Shown: positions 55,995 through 57,161 of the stretch, one piece after another
How the letters are laid out: each line of letters begins with the position of its first letter
Numbering within the stretch: position 1 is the first letter of the stretch
DNA from: Dehalococcoidia bacterium UBA2979
GTDB taxonomy: Bacteria; Chloroflexota; Dehalococcoidia; UBA2979
NCBI GenBank assembly: GCA_002348225.1
Contig: DEAP01000008.1
Coordinates: forward strand, 1-57,161
Length of the DNA: 57,161 nt
Reading direction: 5' to 3'
Notes under the pieces: model-generated
The model's database searches: none
Told to the model about the DNA's origin: nothing
Seen by the model: the letters and a program-made list of their open reading frames with translations, nothing else
Program-made: the position numbers and the translations under genes

Positions 55995-57161
55995 CTAGCT
56001 GACGTCAGGTTCCTTAATATCTAGAGTAATACCAGAGCTACTTTCAGGATTGGCGGAAATAGAAATTCGGCCTCTAAGCCAGTCTAGTACTAGTTCACCT
56101 ACCAGCTCTCTGCGCCAACCCTGCAACAGTTTCAAATCGGGCTCCTCAGCATAATCGTTTAATAGATACCAGTGGATAAGCTTGTCAATATCCTTCCGCG
56201 TTGCAACAAATCGGGCCGCTATTCCAGCCTTTTTACATTCGACACCTATGATCGCTGAAACGATTGAACTGAGAGCTGGAGCATGCTGCGTTTTCGACGA
56301 ATATTGCTCCGTCAAACGCAATGGTTGTTCCTTACCTATATCAATTAACCTCAAGAGTTCTTCTGAGAATTTAGTGACTACTGACTTACTCATACCTCGT
56401 ATTACCTCAAGATCTGAAGGTGTATCAGGCATCGCTCGGGCAATTTCAATCAATGTACGATCAGAAATTACTCTCGTTCGAGGGACATTCAATGTTCTCG
56501 CTCGCCGTTCCCTCCAGTCTGCTAAATATTTCAGTACGCCGAGTTCCTTCGGGCGAAGTGACTTCATTTTCTCCACTTTTAGATACATTTCTTCTGGAGC
56601 AGGTCGCTGTGACCATACCTGGGCATAGTGCTCACACTCGGACGCAACGAAAGATAGCCTATTCGTCTGTTGTAATCGCTTTTTAATCACTGCCCAACAA
56701 CCGGATAAATATCGAACATCATTCTGAGCGTAATGTAACTGGCGAGTTGCCAGTGGTCGCTGCTCCCAGTCAGAAAATTGGGATGCCTTACTTAATTTAG
56801 TGCCATGAATTTTTTCTACTAATGAAGCATAACCAATCTGGTCTTGATATCCCGCAAATGCTGCTGCAATCTGGGTATCAATTACATTCTGACCAACTGT
56901 TTCGTACGTATCTGCAAGTACCTGTAGATCTGCTTGGGCCGCGTGAATGATAGTTTCAATTTGTGGATCCGCGACCAAATCTGCTATTGGACCGATGTCC
57001 ACCTCAAACGGGTCGATTATGACAATTGTGGGAGATTTCGGATGTCCCCATGCAACCTGCACTAGCGCCAATTTGGGCGAATAATATCCTTCAGTTATGA
57101 ACTCTAGGTCTAGTCCAAAAGAACTTGATGAACGGATACTTTCTACCACCCATGCCAGCCG
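55995..57161 (-). CDS. rnd: ribonuclease D (DEDD 3'-5' exonuclease with HRDC domain), probably 5'-truncated by the window edge
   Basis: Exo motifs LDLEF, HAAQADLQVL and YAQNDVRYL, followed by an HRDC-like region. The frame stays open to position 57161, and a GTG 57149 start would leave only 13 residues before ExoI. Confidence 0.85.
   Translation of the reverse strand, partial: RLAWVVESIRSSSSFGLDLEFITEGYYSPKLALVQVAWGHPKSPTIVIIDPFEVDIGPIADLVADPQIETIIHAAQADLQVLADTYETVGQNVIDTQIAAAFAGYQDQIGYASLVEKIHGTKLSKASQFSDWEQRPLATRQLHYAQNDVRYLSGCWAVIKKRLQQTNRLSFVASECEHYAQVWSQRPAPEEMYLKVEKMKSLRPKELGVLKYLADWRERRARTLNVPRTRVISDRTLIEIARAMPDTPSDLEVIRGMSKSVVTKFSEELLRLIDIGKEQPLRLTEQYSSKTQHAPALSSIVSAIIGVECKKAGIAARFVATRKDIDKLIHWYLLNDYAEEPDLKLLQGWRRELVGELVLDWLRGRISISANPESSSGITLDIKEPDVS

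Noticed and set aside
1-57161. Search for CRISPR arrays, rRNA, tmRNA, RNase P, T-box or other riboswitch leaders, inteins, transposases, integrases, toxin-antitoxin pairs and known defence genes.
   Set aside because: None were recognisable by eye. Leaders upstream of thrS, pheS, pheT and aspS are too short (about 25-70 nt) for T-boxes, and no protein is anomalously long. A covariance-model scan could still find small RNAs that I missed.

Overview
This 57 kb window is mostly core bacterial chromosome. I found no transposase, integrase, CRISPR array, rRNA or recognisable defence system, and no convincing new multi-gene system. All calls rest on motif recognition by eye and on the supplied ORF track; no alignments, HMM searches or RNA folds were run.

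Gene content, in order:
- 3' end of lepA.
- A pair of Opp/Dpp-type ABC ATPases, then tRNA-Leu(TAG).
- An RRM RNA-binding protein.
- A block of metabolic and accessory genes: enolase-superfamily enzyme, epimerase, M3 peptidase, copper amine oxidase, MMPL transporter, a large lipoprotein with a zinc-peptidase motif, and an SDR.
- tRNA-Lys(CTT), a nitronate monooxygenase-like gene, and tRNA-Val(GAC).
- Bcp-like peroxiredoxin and a DUF805 protein.
- A rearranged thrS / infC-rpmI-rplT / pheT / pheS translation cluster, interrupted by accC-accB and other genes.
- pccB-icd-mdh-fumC, convergent with sdhCAB.
- Nudix hydrolase, GNAT, nadK, tlyA, clpX, clpP, tig.
- An Opp/Dpp-type substrate-binding protein with two permeases but no ATPase.
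- aspS, and rnd running off the window edge.

The three tRNA genes encode their CCA ends. The lineage cannot be determined from here; gene content is compatible with a marine Chloroflexota- or Actinomycetota-like organism.

The most accessory-looking stretch is about 8.4-19.1 kb. It holds the copper amine oxidase with a Cys-rich tail, two orphan proteins, the MMPL transporter, and a 769-aa Cys-rich lipoprotein carrying an HExxH motif and an Asp/His tandem repeat.

Other points worth a second look:
- tRNA-Val has C rather than U at position 33.
- infC appears to start at ATA.
- Both Opp ATPases carry 7-Cys C-terminal tails.
- accC and accB are split and overlap, with pccB about 9 kb away.
- A strong hairpin with a U-tract sits directly in front of the lipoprotein gene.
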